The notes beneath the pieces were generated by a model. It did no database searches. It was not told where the DNA came from and saw nothing but the letters and a program-made list of their open reading frames with translations. 64,000 nt of DNA, from NCBI RefSeq assembly GCF_006345805.1, contig NW_021835969.1, positions 5,146-69,145 on the forward strand. The letters run 5' to 3'. Below are positions 53,330 through 64,000 of the stretch, piece after piece. The DNA is from Octopus sinensis. Taxonomy: Eukaryota. How positions within the stretch are numbered: position 1 is the stretch's first letter; each line of letters begins with the position of its first letter. Both the position numbers and the translations under genes were made by a program.

Positions 53330-53330
<1 letters not shown>
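52838..53330 (+). mobile_element. 3' end of a fifth RLE-type LINE plus SINE tail; direct copy at 63018-63470
   Basis: VIDFTIPND..IAK..L..IPVAISAL..VLLGTAR.LRKVL motif; near-identical duplicate. Confidence 0.7.
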
Positions 53331-53378
<48 letters not shown>

Positions 53379-53519
53379 TGAACTAAAGGTACAAAGCCTG
53401 AAATTTCGGGGCTGAGGATATAATAATATATCAATCGTAATGCAAGGCATCTATTTTCATTGATACATCAAAATTGTGACATATGAAAAGAACGGAGTGA
53501 GAAAAAATTAGAGACTTAC

Positions 53520-53623
53520 CTAAGAAAAAAGGCAATATTCGGTAAAAAAATATTTACTCTGATGGTTTGCGTTCGCTACTTTTAATAAAAATTGAGAAAT
53601 TAAAGTAATGCATTTCTTTTATA
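53520..53623 (-). promoter_or_regulatory. Candidate TATA/Inr promoter and non-coding first exon
   Basis: TATAAAAG at 53616-53623, TCA(+1)ATT at 53593 exactly 30 nt downstream, AG|GTAAGT donor at 53520/53519. Confidence 0.3.
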
Positions 53624-53829
53624 GCACAGTCAAGCAGGATCTAACTTCTGTCAACCAATGAAATTTACGAATCATTTTTATGAGTCGTATACATTTTTAA
53701 TTGCTTTTCTCAATCGATTTCACCTCTCACCACATCTCTTTTGACACAACGCCTTATATATGCTTCTTTTCATGCATACATACATACATACATACATACT
53801 ACATGCATACATATATATATTATACAAAC

Positions 53830-53891
<62 letters not shown>

Positions 53892-54631
53892 GCACACACA
53901 CACACACACACATTATATATATATATACATGTATAAATATATGTATGTATGTATGATCATATATCTAGATCTATGTGCTGGGTATAACTCAAACTGCATC
54001 CAGTAGTGGTGTTTTGTTCGGGAGTTCCAGAGTTTGTGGAATCTGGAATCACCTCGGAGCCACTATAGTCCCCCGCGCTACTCTGATCCGGACGGAGTTG
54101 TAGCAAAGGTCAAGGTCCAAATATAAGTTAACTAATATAAGTAATGACATTGTATCGGAGCGCGGAAATGCAGAAATAACCTTGGTTGATGTCACGGCAT
54201 GCAGTAAAACCACTAAAAAGGACGGATCACTTGGTTGCATCAGAGGTGCCTACTGATGGAAAACCTGCTGTTTGACCTGATGAAAAGTCCTCTCTGTTCG
54301 GTCTGCCACTAGGTTCTAGTCACAGAGACTCAGAGTGGTACTGGTATTCTACAGGTGCCTCTCTCTATAATCAAATGATGCACAGTTATGTCTTTAAGAT
54401 GACCACATTCGGCATTTCATCTGCTGAAGTGCCTACGGTGGTGGAAGAATGGACGCGCACGGTAGGCTACAACAACTTTCGTCTCTCACCTACGCTTCAA
54501 AGAAGGCAGATCGGCAGAGAGACTAAATTTCAACTGAGAGGTCATGAATGGAAACACAGAAATGCCTTTGACAAACAGGAAGCAAAAGAAAACGGCAAAC
54601 ATCTGCCAAGGTGGAGCAATCATCTTATGTG

Positions 54632-54699
<68 letters not shown>

Positions 54700-54707
<8 letters not shown>

Positions 54708-57545
54708 TTAAACGGCAGTTTGTCTGTCTGTGTGTCTGTGTGTCTGTTTGGTTGTACCCTCACTCTGACCACGGCTTTCAACCGATTCTGATGAAACTTG
54801 ACACACACATAGCCCAATGTCATAATTCAAAACTAACGCAGCGAAAATTTTGAAAATTTTGAAAAGTTCCCTCAGTTCTGAAAAAAATCGATAAATTCGA
54901 CATGGGGTCGAGAATCAGAAACACAAACCACAGACTGTCTAGGGGGCGCAACTCGACCTTTTTAGCTCTCAACTACATCAATATCCAGCTACTTGAAGCT
55001 ATTCCTGGTGATGTCCACGTCTACAAATCTATTGATAGGACAGCAGACCCCGCAGAGCTTGCCGATTATCCTGTTGAATTCCTGAATTCACTTGAACCGC
55101 CAGGCCTGCCGCCACACATCCTGAAGTTAAAAGTCGGTGCGCCCATTATGCTCATCAGGAATTTGGTTCCACCTAAACAGTGCAACGGCACACGTTTGGT
55201 TGTGAAACATTTGCCACCACATTTAATAACGGCCACAATACTTACGGGTTGTGGGAAGGGAGAGGACGTCTTTATCCCACGGATGTACCTTCAACCGTCG
55301 GGCGCTGACCTACCAATCCACTTCAGGCGTTCTCAGTTTCCTGTTAAACTCTGCTTCGCAATGTCCATCAATAAATCCCAAGGCCAAACGCTACAAGTCG
55401 CTGGGTTACAGTTGGGCGAACAGTGCTTCGCCCACGGTCAACTCTACGTGGGCTGTTCACGCGTTGGGAGGCGCAATGATGTTTTCATGTTTTCGCCCAA
55501 AGGGACATCTAGGAACATCGTATACACAGAAGTATTCGAGTGAAGAGAAGACATTGCAACCTACAAAATCGATAAACTCGGTATGGGGTCGAGAATCTAA
55601 GCTTTTTATATGCAACACATTTTCTATGGTAGTTTTCGCAACTTGCAATCGATTTTCACAAAACTCATGGGGAAGCTTAATGTTACCCTAAGAAACTCAA
55701 TTCTGACGTTAGTTTTCCATGCAATACCTTACCATCAGAAACAATCGATAAAATCATGCCATTTTGGGAAATCGCGTTCAAATTCAAGATGACATATTTT
55801 CGACAATATCTTTCACAAATTGGCAGGAATTTTTTTTTTAAATTCACAGCGAGCATCATGTCTGCTCCAAGGAGCTATATGGCCCTTTTTATTCCAATAG
55901 GATACATTATTGGAAAAAATCGGTTAATTAAATCATATGTGGCACACATAGCAAACCGATTTGTGTATTAAATACAAACCAGACTGTCTAGGGGACGCAA
56001 CTCGACCTTTTTAGCTATCGATAATTCGATCCAACCAATTCCTACCAGGAAGAAATTACATTCGAGACTTCACCCCCAACACCGCCACTTCTGCTAATAG
56101 CTGCTGCAGCCGCAAGTTATTCGAATACTTTTTTTGTTTACACTTTCTTTATAACTACAACCCCAAACGTTTTACCTTAAATTTTTGACGTACCCTAAGG
56201 GTCCTCGGACTCTACTTGCAAACTCTTGGTTTATTATAAGCCGCTTTTGTCGTGTGCAACACAAAAACTTTTCCATTCGTTTGTTCAGTTTGGTCACTTT
56301 TGGCTTTTTCGTTGTTGTCACTCACATTGCTGCCCGCTTTTTTGCCGTTTTTGTACATTTTTATACATTTTGGGATACTTACCCCACGTGCTCCTTTTTA
56401 TTACACCTTTACCAAACACATTGCTATCCACCAAAATACTTACCCCACGTGTTCCTTTTTATTACACCTTTGCCAAACACATTGCTATCCACCAAAATGC
56501 CACCCAAGAAGAGAAGGACCCTTCTCAGACCTCGGACGGCCAAGGCATCGGCTGCTAGGGCTAGAAGGGCACGCGAGATCCACGATAAAAACCGCCTTGC
56601 GCCTCTCGCAAAAAGCTTCCCGTTCTGCCGCTGCTCAGGCATCTGAAACTACTAGCGACCGTTCTACCCGACTTGCAAGGGTCGCAGCGTACAGATCTTC
56701 CTTCCGCTCGAGGTTGACGAAAGAGCTTTGCACCATTGTCGACACTCCAGCTAGCCTCCGGGACGCTGTCTTCCACGACCTACAAAATAATTTACGCGAC
56801 CTAATATGGCTGGCAGGCAGAGCTATTCTCGCACCCAAAAATACAACCGTCAACTCCATCAATATCCAGCTACTTGAAGCTATTCCTGGTGATGTCCACG
56901 TCTACAAATCTATTGATAGGACAGCAGATCCCGCAGAGCTTGCCGATTATCCTGTTGAATTCCTGAATTCACTTGAACCGCCAGGCCTGCCGCCACACAT
57001 TATGAAGTTAAAAGTCGGTGCGCCCATTATGCTCATCAGGAATTTGGTTCCACCTAAACAGTGCAACGGCACACGTTTGGTTGTGAAACATTTGCCACCA
57101 CATTTAATAACGGCCACAATACTTACCGGTTGTGGGAAGGGATAGGACGTATTCATTCCACGGATGCACCTTCAACCGTCGGGCGCAGACCTACGAATCC
57201 ACTTCAAGCGTTCTCAGTTTTCTGTTAAACTCTGCTTCGCAATGTCAATCGATAAATCCCAAGGCCAAACGCTACAAGTCGCTGGGTTAGATTTGGGCGA
57301 ACAGTGCTTCGCCCACGGTCAACTCTACGTGGGCTGTTCACGCGTTGGGAGGCGCAATGATGTTTTCATGTTTTCGCCCAAAGGGACATATAGGAACATC
57401 GTACATACAGAAGTATTCGAGTGAAGAGAAGACATTGCAGCCTCCACATGCACCTTCGTTCCCTGGAGGGAAAGGACTACATTGGGATTCATCGTCGCCT
57501 ACTAGGGGCTCTTACATACCCGGGCAACGCCGGGCTATACTGCTA

Positions 57546-57546
<1 letters not shown>
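54700..57546 (+). mobile_element. Helitron-type element carrying two copies of a Pif1-family helicase C-terminal segment
   Basis: ORFs 54902-55543 and 56252-57145/57164-57424 (YPVEFLNSL, CNGTRL, QFPVKLCFAMSINKSQGQT, GQLYVGCSRV); 3' hairpin CCCGGGCAACGCCGGG (57519-57534) and CTAG|T (57543-57547); 5' end lost in a TA tract. Confidence 0.8.
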
Positions 57547-57588
<42 letters not shown>

Positions 57589-57704
57589 CATAAGTTTAAA
57601 GTTTATGAAAGCTCACCGTGTTTGGTCAATTATAAATAATCCATATAAATATATGGCCCCGACGGAAAAAGTTAGTGTTTCCCGTACAAATATATACATA
57701 CATA

Positions 57705-57735
<31 letters not shown>

Positions 57736-57780
57736 ATTTGAGAGAGAGAGGGAGAGATAGATAGATAGATACGTATATTT

Positions 57781-59094
57781 ATGTTACCCTACCAATATCA
57801 CAAGAAGGCTGTCAATATATACATATGCTTGCGCGCGGAAAATAACTTCTTCGCCTTCAATGACAACTTCTACCGACAAAAATCGGGGACTGCGATGGGT
57901 ACACGAATGGCCCCCTCCTTTGCCAACCTAGTCATAGGATATCTAGAGATCAGTCTGTATCGTAAGGTTCTAGAAAGATATGGCAGCCCTTTCTCCATCT
58001 ACATAGAAAACAACTGGAAGAGATATCTAGATGACTGTTTCATCCTTTGGCATAAAAATATAGAAAAACTCATAGAATTCCAGGAAATTTTAAACGGACT
58101 GGACGTAAACATCCAATTCACGATGGAATATAGCCAGCAACAACTCCCCTTCCTCGATATCCTCATTAAGAAAGCTAATAATATAATAGAAACAGACATA
58201 TATTATAAGCCTACAGACTCTAAGCAATATCTTCCATTCAATTCATGCCACCCCAGACACACCAGGATGAATATCCCCTTCAACCTAGCAAAAAGGATAT
58301 GCACTATAGTCTCGAACGCAAACACCAGAGACACACGACTACAAGAACTAAAAGATACCCTTATCACCAGGAACTATCCACCTTCACTTATTGACAAGTG
58401 CATTCAACGTGCCCTTCAACTTAACATCAAGGAACTGAGACATCCCAAATCAAAGAAAAACTTACAACCAAAAACCTTACCATACATCTCCACACACAAC
58501 CCTCTCAATAACGAAGCCTTCGGCACCATCCTCCACAACATACCCCTCCTAAAAAAAGACCACAGAATGAACACAATCCTCCAAACACACACGATCATAA
58601 AAAGCAAGAGACAGCCTAAATCCATGAAAAGTCTCCTAACACAAGCCCGAATTCACTCTTCAACACAGAAGCCGACAGTAAAAAAATGTGGAAGACCCAA
58701 TTGCGGGATATGCGACTATCTAATTGAGGGATCAGAGTTCTCCTTCAAACAGGGACAACGGTTTACAGTGAAAAGCAACTTCACATGTGCTTCGGAGAAC
58801 CTAATATACTCACTAACCTGCTCCGGGTGTCAAGAGCAGTACACAGGCCAAACAAAAAATAGTTTGCGTAAACGAATGGCCCTGCACAGATCCCAGATAA
58901 AAATTCCCCAAAACAGAAAAATAGCTTTTAGCCAACACATAGATACTTGCGCCAGCAAAAAAACACCAAGCTTCAGGATTTTCCCCCTCTACCAATTTAG
59001 GGACGATACAACCTCGAGACAACGAATAAGTAAAGAAACTCTCTTCATTGCAAAATACAGGCCACTTCTAAACGGGTCTACGACAAACAATTAA
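57781..59094 (+). mobile_element. Penelope-like element, 5'-truncated: RT C-half plus GIY-YIG endonuclease
   Basis: GTAMGTRMAP, WKRYLDD, LPFLD, YYKPTD, CGRPNCGIC, NLIYSLTC..YTGQT. Confidence 0.9.
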
Positions 59095-59269
59095 TATACC
59101 TCAACTTTAGAACAAAAGAAATATTCACACACAAATATTACATTCCAAAGAATCCATTACTAATCACAGCTAAAATCACAGCTATAATCCACAACATGCC
59201 AACTTCAAGTCATACTTTAACCCATTCATATTCTCCCTTCTCTGTTTTTTCTTCTTCTTCCTCTTCTTC

Positions 59270-59327
<58 letters not shown>

Positions 59328-59816
59328 ACATCGTAATCTTCTCCTTCTTCTTCTTCTTCTTCTTCTTCTTCATCATCATCATCATCAACATCGTAATCTT
59401 CTCCTTCTTCTCCTTCTTCTTCTTCTTCTTCTTCTTCTTCTTCTTCTTCTTCTTCTACTTCTCCACCTTCTACCCCTTAACTTTGTCACTAATGTTTTTT
59501 AGTATAACACCTACGCAAATTCTATAAACAAGCCTTTCAATAGAAATATTCTCCTGAATTGAACTGCGACTGCCATCCGCCACTGACCATTCAAAATAAG
59601 ACCATCAGGGCACTCCCAGATTCTCCCACCCCCTTTCCTCATTAGCCTTCTTCCTCTACTACCCTATCAAGAACTCACAACGACCTCCAACACACAAGTG
59701 CAAACAACGGAGTCAGAGAAAGGCAGAATGCTACTTATAACTGAACACTACTATAGAAATATTCCTTTAAAAAAACTTTTCTTCTAATTTTTCTAAATTT
59801 AATTATTTAATCGTTA

Positions 59817-59854
59817 CAGTTGAAAAGGTCTCAAAATGACCGAAACCGGTACTG
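59817..59854 (+). ncRNA. Degenerate hammerhead-like motif downstream of the Penelope ORF
   Basis: CAG|TTGAAAA|GGTC-TCAAAAT-GACC|GAAACCGGTA|CTG: helices present, core altered (C3U, G8A). Confidence 0.45.
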
Positions 59855-59907
59855 AAATGTTCACAATAAAATTATTTTAACATTTTCTATTTTTGACTTG
59901 TTTTTTC

Positions 59908-60011
<104 letters not shown>

Positions 60012-60331
60012 GTATGTATGTATGTATTTATGTATTTATGTACGTATGTATGTATATTTGCCATTTCAGTGGACTGAAGCAACGTGAAACAAAGTGTCTT
60101 GCTCAAGGACGCAACCCTCGCTGTAGTCACAGTACTTTGTAGGATAGGTGAGTTCTGATGTAAAACCTGCTATTTCACATAATCATTGTTCATCTAGATT
60201 CGGTCTGCCACTAGGTTCTAGTCACAAAGACTCAGAGTAGTACTCGTGTTGTACAACTGTCTATCACGACATTCCAATGACGCACAGATATCTCATTAAC
60301 ATGAACACATTTGTCATTTAATTTATTGAAG

Positions 60332-60680
60332 CTCCAAAGGCGGTGAGCTGGCAGAAACGTTAACACGCCGGGCTAAATGCTTAGCGTTATTTCGTCTGTC
60401 TTTGCGTTCTGAGTTCAAATTTGGCCGAGGACGACTTTGCTTTAATCCTTTCGGGGTAGATTAAATAAGTACCAGTTGCGCACTGGGGTCGATGTAATCG
60501 ACTTGATCCTTCTCTCTGTCCATGTTTGTCTCCACTGTGTTTAGCCCCGTGTGGGTAATAAGGAAATAGGTATTTCGTCTGTCTTTGCGTTCTGAGTTCA
60601 AATTACGCCGAGGTTGACTTTGCCTTTCACCCTTTCAGGGTCGATGAATTAAGCACCAGTTGCGTACTGGGGTCGAGCTA
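60332..60680 (+). mobile_element. tRNA-derived SINE with partial tandem duplication
   Basis: GAGCTGGCAGAA, GAGTTCAAAT; body repeated from ~60565. Confidence 0.75.
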
Positions 60681-60886
60681 CCTATCTATATCTGCCCTCT
60701 CCCAAGCGTCTGTACTTCAGTGGCAAGGACCTGGTATTTTGACAGGAGGATATCCAGTTTTGTTTCGAAGACACTTAAACCCACCCCATGTTGGCCTCTC
60801 ATGTAATAATATGACCCGATACCCTTTTTTTTTAATGTTTTGCTATTTGCTATATTATACGTAAACTTACATCATACATACATACA

Positions 60887-60946
<60 letters not shown>

Positions 60947-61127
60947 CATATATACATACAGACATTCAGATAGATAGATAAATAGATAGATAGATAAGAT
61001 AAATAGATAGATAAATAAGACACATAAGATAGATAGATTGATAAGATACGTAGGTAGATAAGATAAGTATATATAAGATAAGTGTATATATATATATATA
61101 TATATATAAAGCTATATAGATCGAAAA

Positions 61128-61340
<213 letters not shown>

Positions 61341-61442
61341 TATAATATATGTGTGTTTCCGTGTAATTATAATAAGGGCTTAGAAATAAATTTGCTAGCT
61401 ATATGCTGAGAAAAAGATATTGATGACGATCGTATATTTATA

Positions 61443-61985
61443 TACTGCAGCTCATATACCGGGTCTATCAAGAAAATATATAAAATTAATGATTCGATAA
61501 TTGTTGATGACGATGACGACAACTAGGAAAAAGACTACGACGACGATGACAACAGTGAAGATGACTGCGATGAAGATGTTGATGACGATGATAACGAAGA
61601 TGATGAGGTGGAGGGGATTGTGAGGATTTTCATGATCAAGATGATGATCATTTGAATGAGGAAGATGAGCTATAGATTTTCCAGTGGAGTTGTTAAATGA
61701 ACAAAATCCACGTGGAATTCCACCTCATATTCTGGTGATGAACGTTTGGAATATTATAATGTGAGAACGAAACCTCAGACCCTTGAAGAGTTTACTAAAT
61801 AGAACATGAGCAACAATTATAGAAGAGTGCAACCACCTTCTTTATACAGCAGAAATATTTACTGGCAACAGTTAAGAAGAATGGGTTTTCATTTCACGAA
61901 TTTATTTCTCACATAGCGAGACAAATCTACATTTTAAGCATAATCACAGCCAGTTCCCCTTGATACTATTCTTTGTTATTGTAAA
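61443..61985 (+). mobile_element. Degenerate Helitron-type Pif1 helicase remnant with acidic GAT-rich leader
   Basis: See 51715-52740; inverted duplicate. Confidence 0.65.
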
Positions 61986-62829
61986 CATAGTTTTCTCCCA
62001 GACCTACCAGATGCAAGTGAAACGAAAAGAATGCTTCCTCACTCTAAATGGCATCAACAATTCTCTCAAACAACTATTTGTCTGAAATGAAGTCTTTTGA
62101 TTCCCTCCTCAAAGTAAGTTCGGTCCTCCAAAATATCCGTTTGAACATTAGAATGAAAATTAAGAACCGGGTCTGGTAAGCCTAATGTGGTACAACTAAC
62201 AACATGCAATCACAATATCAAATCTATTCCCTGTATGAATTGTTAAAGGAAATTTTAAAGTAGCTTCGTTAAAAGTCTTCAATGAATGTACTTTCAATCA
62301 GCTGATAAAGTTCTACAGGGTATTTAAGCGCGTTAACTGCATATAGCTATGCATAGCTTCGCCTCAGTTAAGATTGGCGAAACATCAATACCTGCAGATT
62401 CTTCTAGACATCTCATTCACTTACCATCATAACTACGTAAAGTACATTTTTCTGCTGCCTTCGATAATGTTTCAAATACTTCACCTTTTCGATTCCCAGT
62501 TGGTAAATCTTTAAAATTTAAGGCTCCTCGAATATATAATAGTAATGGAGGAAGATAAAATCTATCGAGCGGACATAAGAAATCTTGGGTGGCCACAAGA
62601 AGGAGAACAAAAACAACACGACTCTGCGAAGTTAGCTATAGTAAATATAGCCTCATATGCAGGTAACAATGAAGAAAGAAGGGAAACAAAACTGTTGCTA
62701 GTAATAACACAAAGTTTGATATTGAGGACTATTTGGATAAAAGCCAGGATAGAAGAAAATCAGGCAGATTAACAATGCAGGTTAAGTAAATCAAAGGGTA
62801 AAGAACTACTCATAAGTTGTGTAGAATAA

Positions 62830-63470
62830 TCCAGAGGAAGTTATGTAGATAGCTAGAAGTTGACCATACAGATAAGTGTTATAAATATGAATCTAGTAAA
62901 GTGCTAGTAAATAAGAAAAAATATAAGACATAGTGGGATTTTATTATTCAGGCCGAGAGATTAATAGAAGCTACAAAGCCTCATTTGGAAGTAGTAGCCT
63001 AAGAGAAAAGAAAGTGTCAGGTAATTGACTTTACAATCCCAAATGATGAGAAAATCAATATGGAAACTATACAGAAAATAGCAAAGTACCAGGGTCTAGC
63101 CATTCAGTTATAGAGGCTAGGAAATGTGTGGATAAAATGTATCCCTGTAGCTATTAGTGCATTACGAATCATCCCTAAGGGTTTCACAAAGAAATAGAAA
63201 AACTAGGCGTAAAAACTACTTTAGTGCAGCTCCAGGAAACCGTGTTATTAGGGACAGCTAGGATACTTAGGAAGGTTTTTCGCATATAAGGTTACTTTTC
63301 TTGTTCAAGTCTAATCTGTTGTGCGTAGAGGAAATAATAATCCTTACTTGTAAATACAAATGGGCTGTTTTTTTCCTAATTTTGGTGGTGGGGACTAGAT
63401 GATTACATCGACCCCGATGTAATTTATCAACCCCGAAAGGATCAAATATAAAATCGATTTCGCCGCTCTA
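62830..63470 (+). mobile_element. RLE-type LINE (family 5) 3' end, longer copy, plus SINE tail
   Basis: WDF.IQ....I.A.KP...V....CQVIDFTIP motif; duplicate of 52838-53330. Confidence 0.7.
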
Positions 63471-63477
63471 ATAATAA

Positions 63478-63532
<55 letters not shown>

Positions 63533-63599
63533 TAATAATAATAATAATGATGATGATAATAATAATAATAATGATGATGATAATAATAATGATGATGAT

Positions 63600-63664
<65 letters not shown>

Positions 63665-63667
<3 letters not shown>

Positions 63668-64000
63668 GTGTTTTTAGAAACTAAAAGGAAAACTAAATCA
63701 GTATACCAAATCGCTTGTCCTATGGTTAATCTGGAAGCGCGTCCCCCAGGGAAAAGCCAGCCTGGGATCGAAAAGTCATCAACTGGCACAAACTCTTCTC
63801 CGAATACGGACATGGATGGTCACTTGAACGGGAAATCCCCCAACTCGAGCCCTCCAAGTTCACCACCACAACCACCACAGAAAGAAAAATGTAAGCGGAA
63901 CAAATGGACCCGAGAAGAGTATAAAGAAGTAATATACGCTTATTACTATGCATTAGGTAGGCCATCTCAAGAGAGACACACCGCAAACTCTTACAGTATA
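63665..64000 (+). mobile_element. R4/Dong family 1 5' region on the plus strand, directly after (TAA)n; runs off the window
   Basis: Near-identical to 22760-23095 reverse-complemented (MVNLEARPPGKSQPGIEKSS..KWTREEYKEVIYAYYYALG). Confidence 0.85.

Noticed and set aside
54902-57424. Host pif1 gene
   Set aside because: Partial, duplicated, intronless, and bounded by a Helitron 3' terminus.

Overview
Repeat-saturated metazoan genomic DNA. The SINE families, TA/CA/TAA/CAT microsatellite load and retroelement mix suggest an octopod cephalopod (inference). The host gene I can support is on the minus strand across about 9.1-47 kb: 13 tandem, symmetric phase-1, 117-nt exons each encoding a calcium-binding EGF module (DIDEC...C.N..GSY/F.C.C.PG/E.E...C, with cysteine losses in one copy), preceded by two exons forming an EMI-like cysteine domain (one with an in-frame TGA or 1-bp indel) and probably closed by a short terminal exon at 9140-9207. 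EGF introns consist of short conserved splice flanks plus (TAA)n and (GAT)n tracts. Many TAA tracts carry R4/Dong-type (RT + CCHC + restriction-like endonuclease) retrotransposons. Four families always lie on the strand that reads TAA, and some copies were co-duplicated with an exon; a fifth related family lies elsewhere. The rest is Penelope-like elements with several hammerhead ribozyme motifs (two with an intact core), a mariner with TIRs, Gypsy LTR pieces, CR1-type LINE fragments, Helitron/Pif1 pieces, SINEs and simple repeats. No intact autonomous TE ORF was found. Most ORF-track entries are microsatellite read-through or antisense ORFs.
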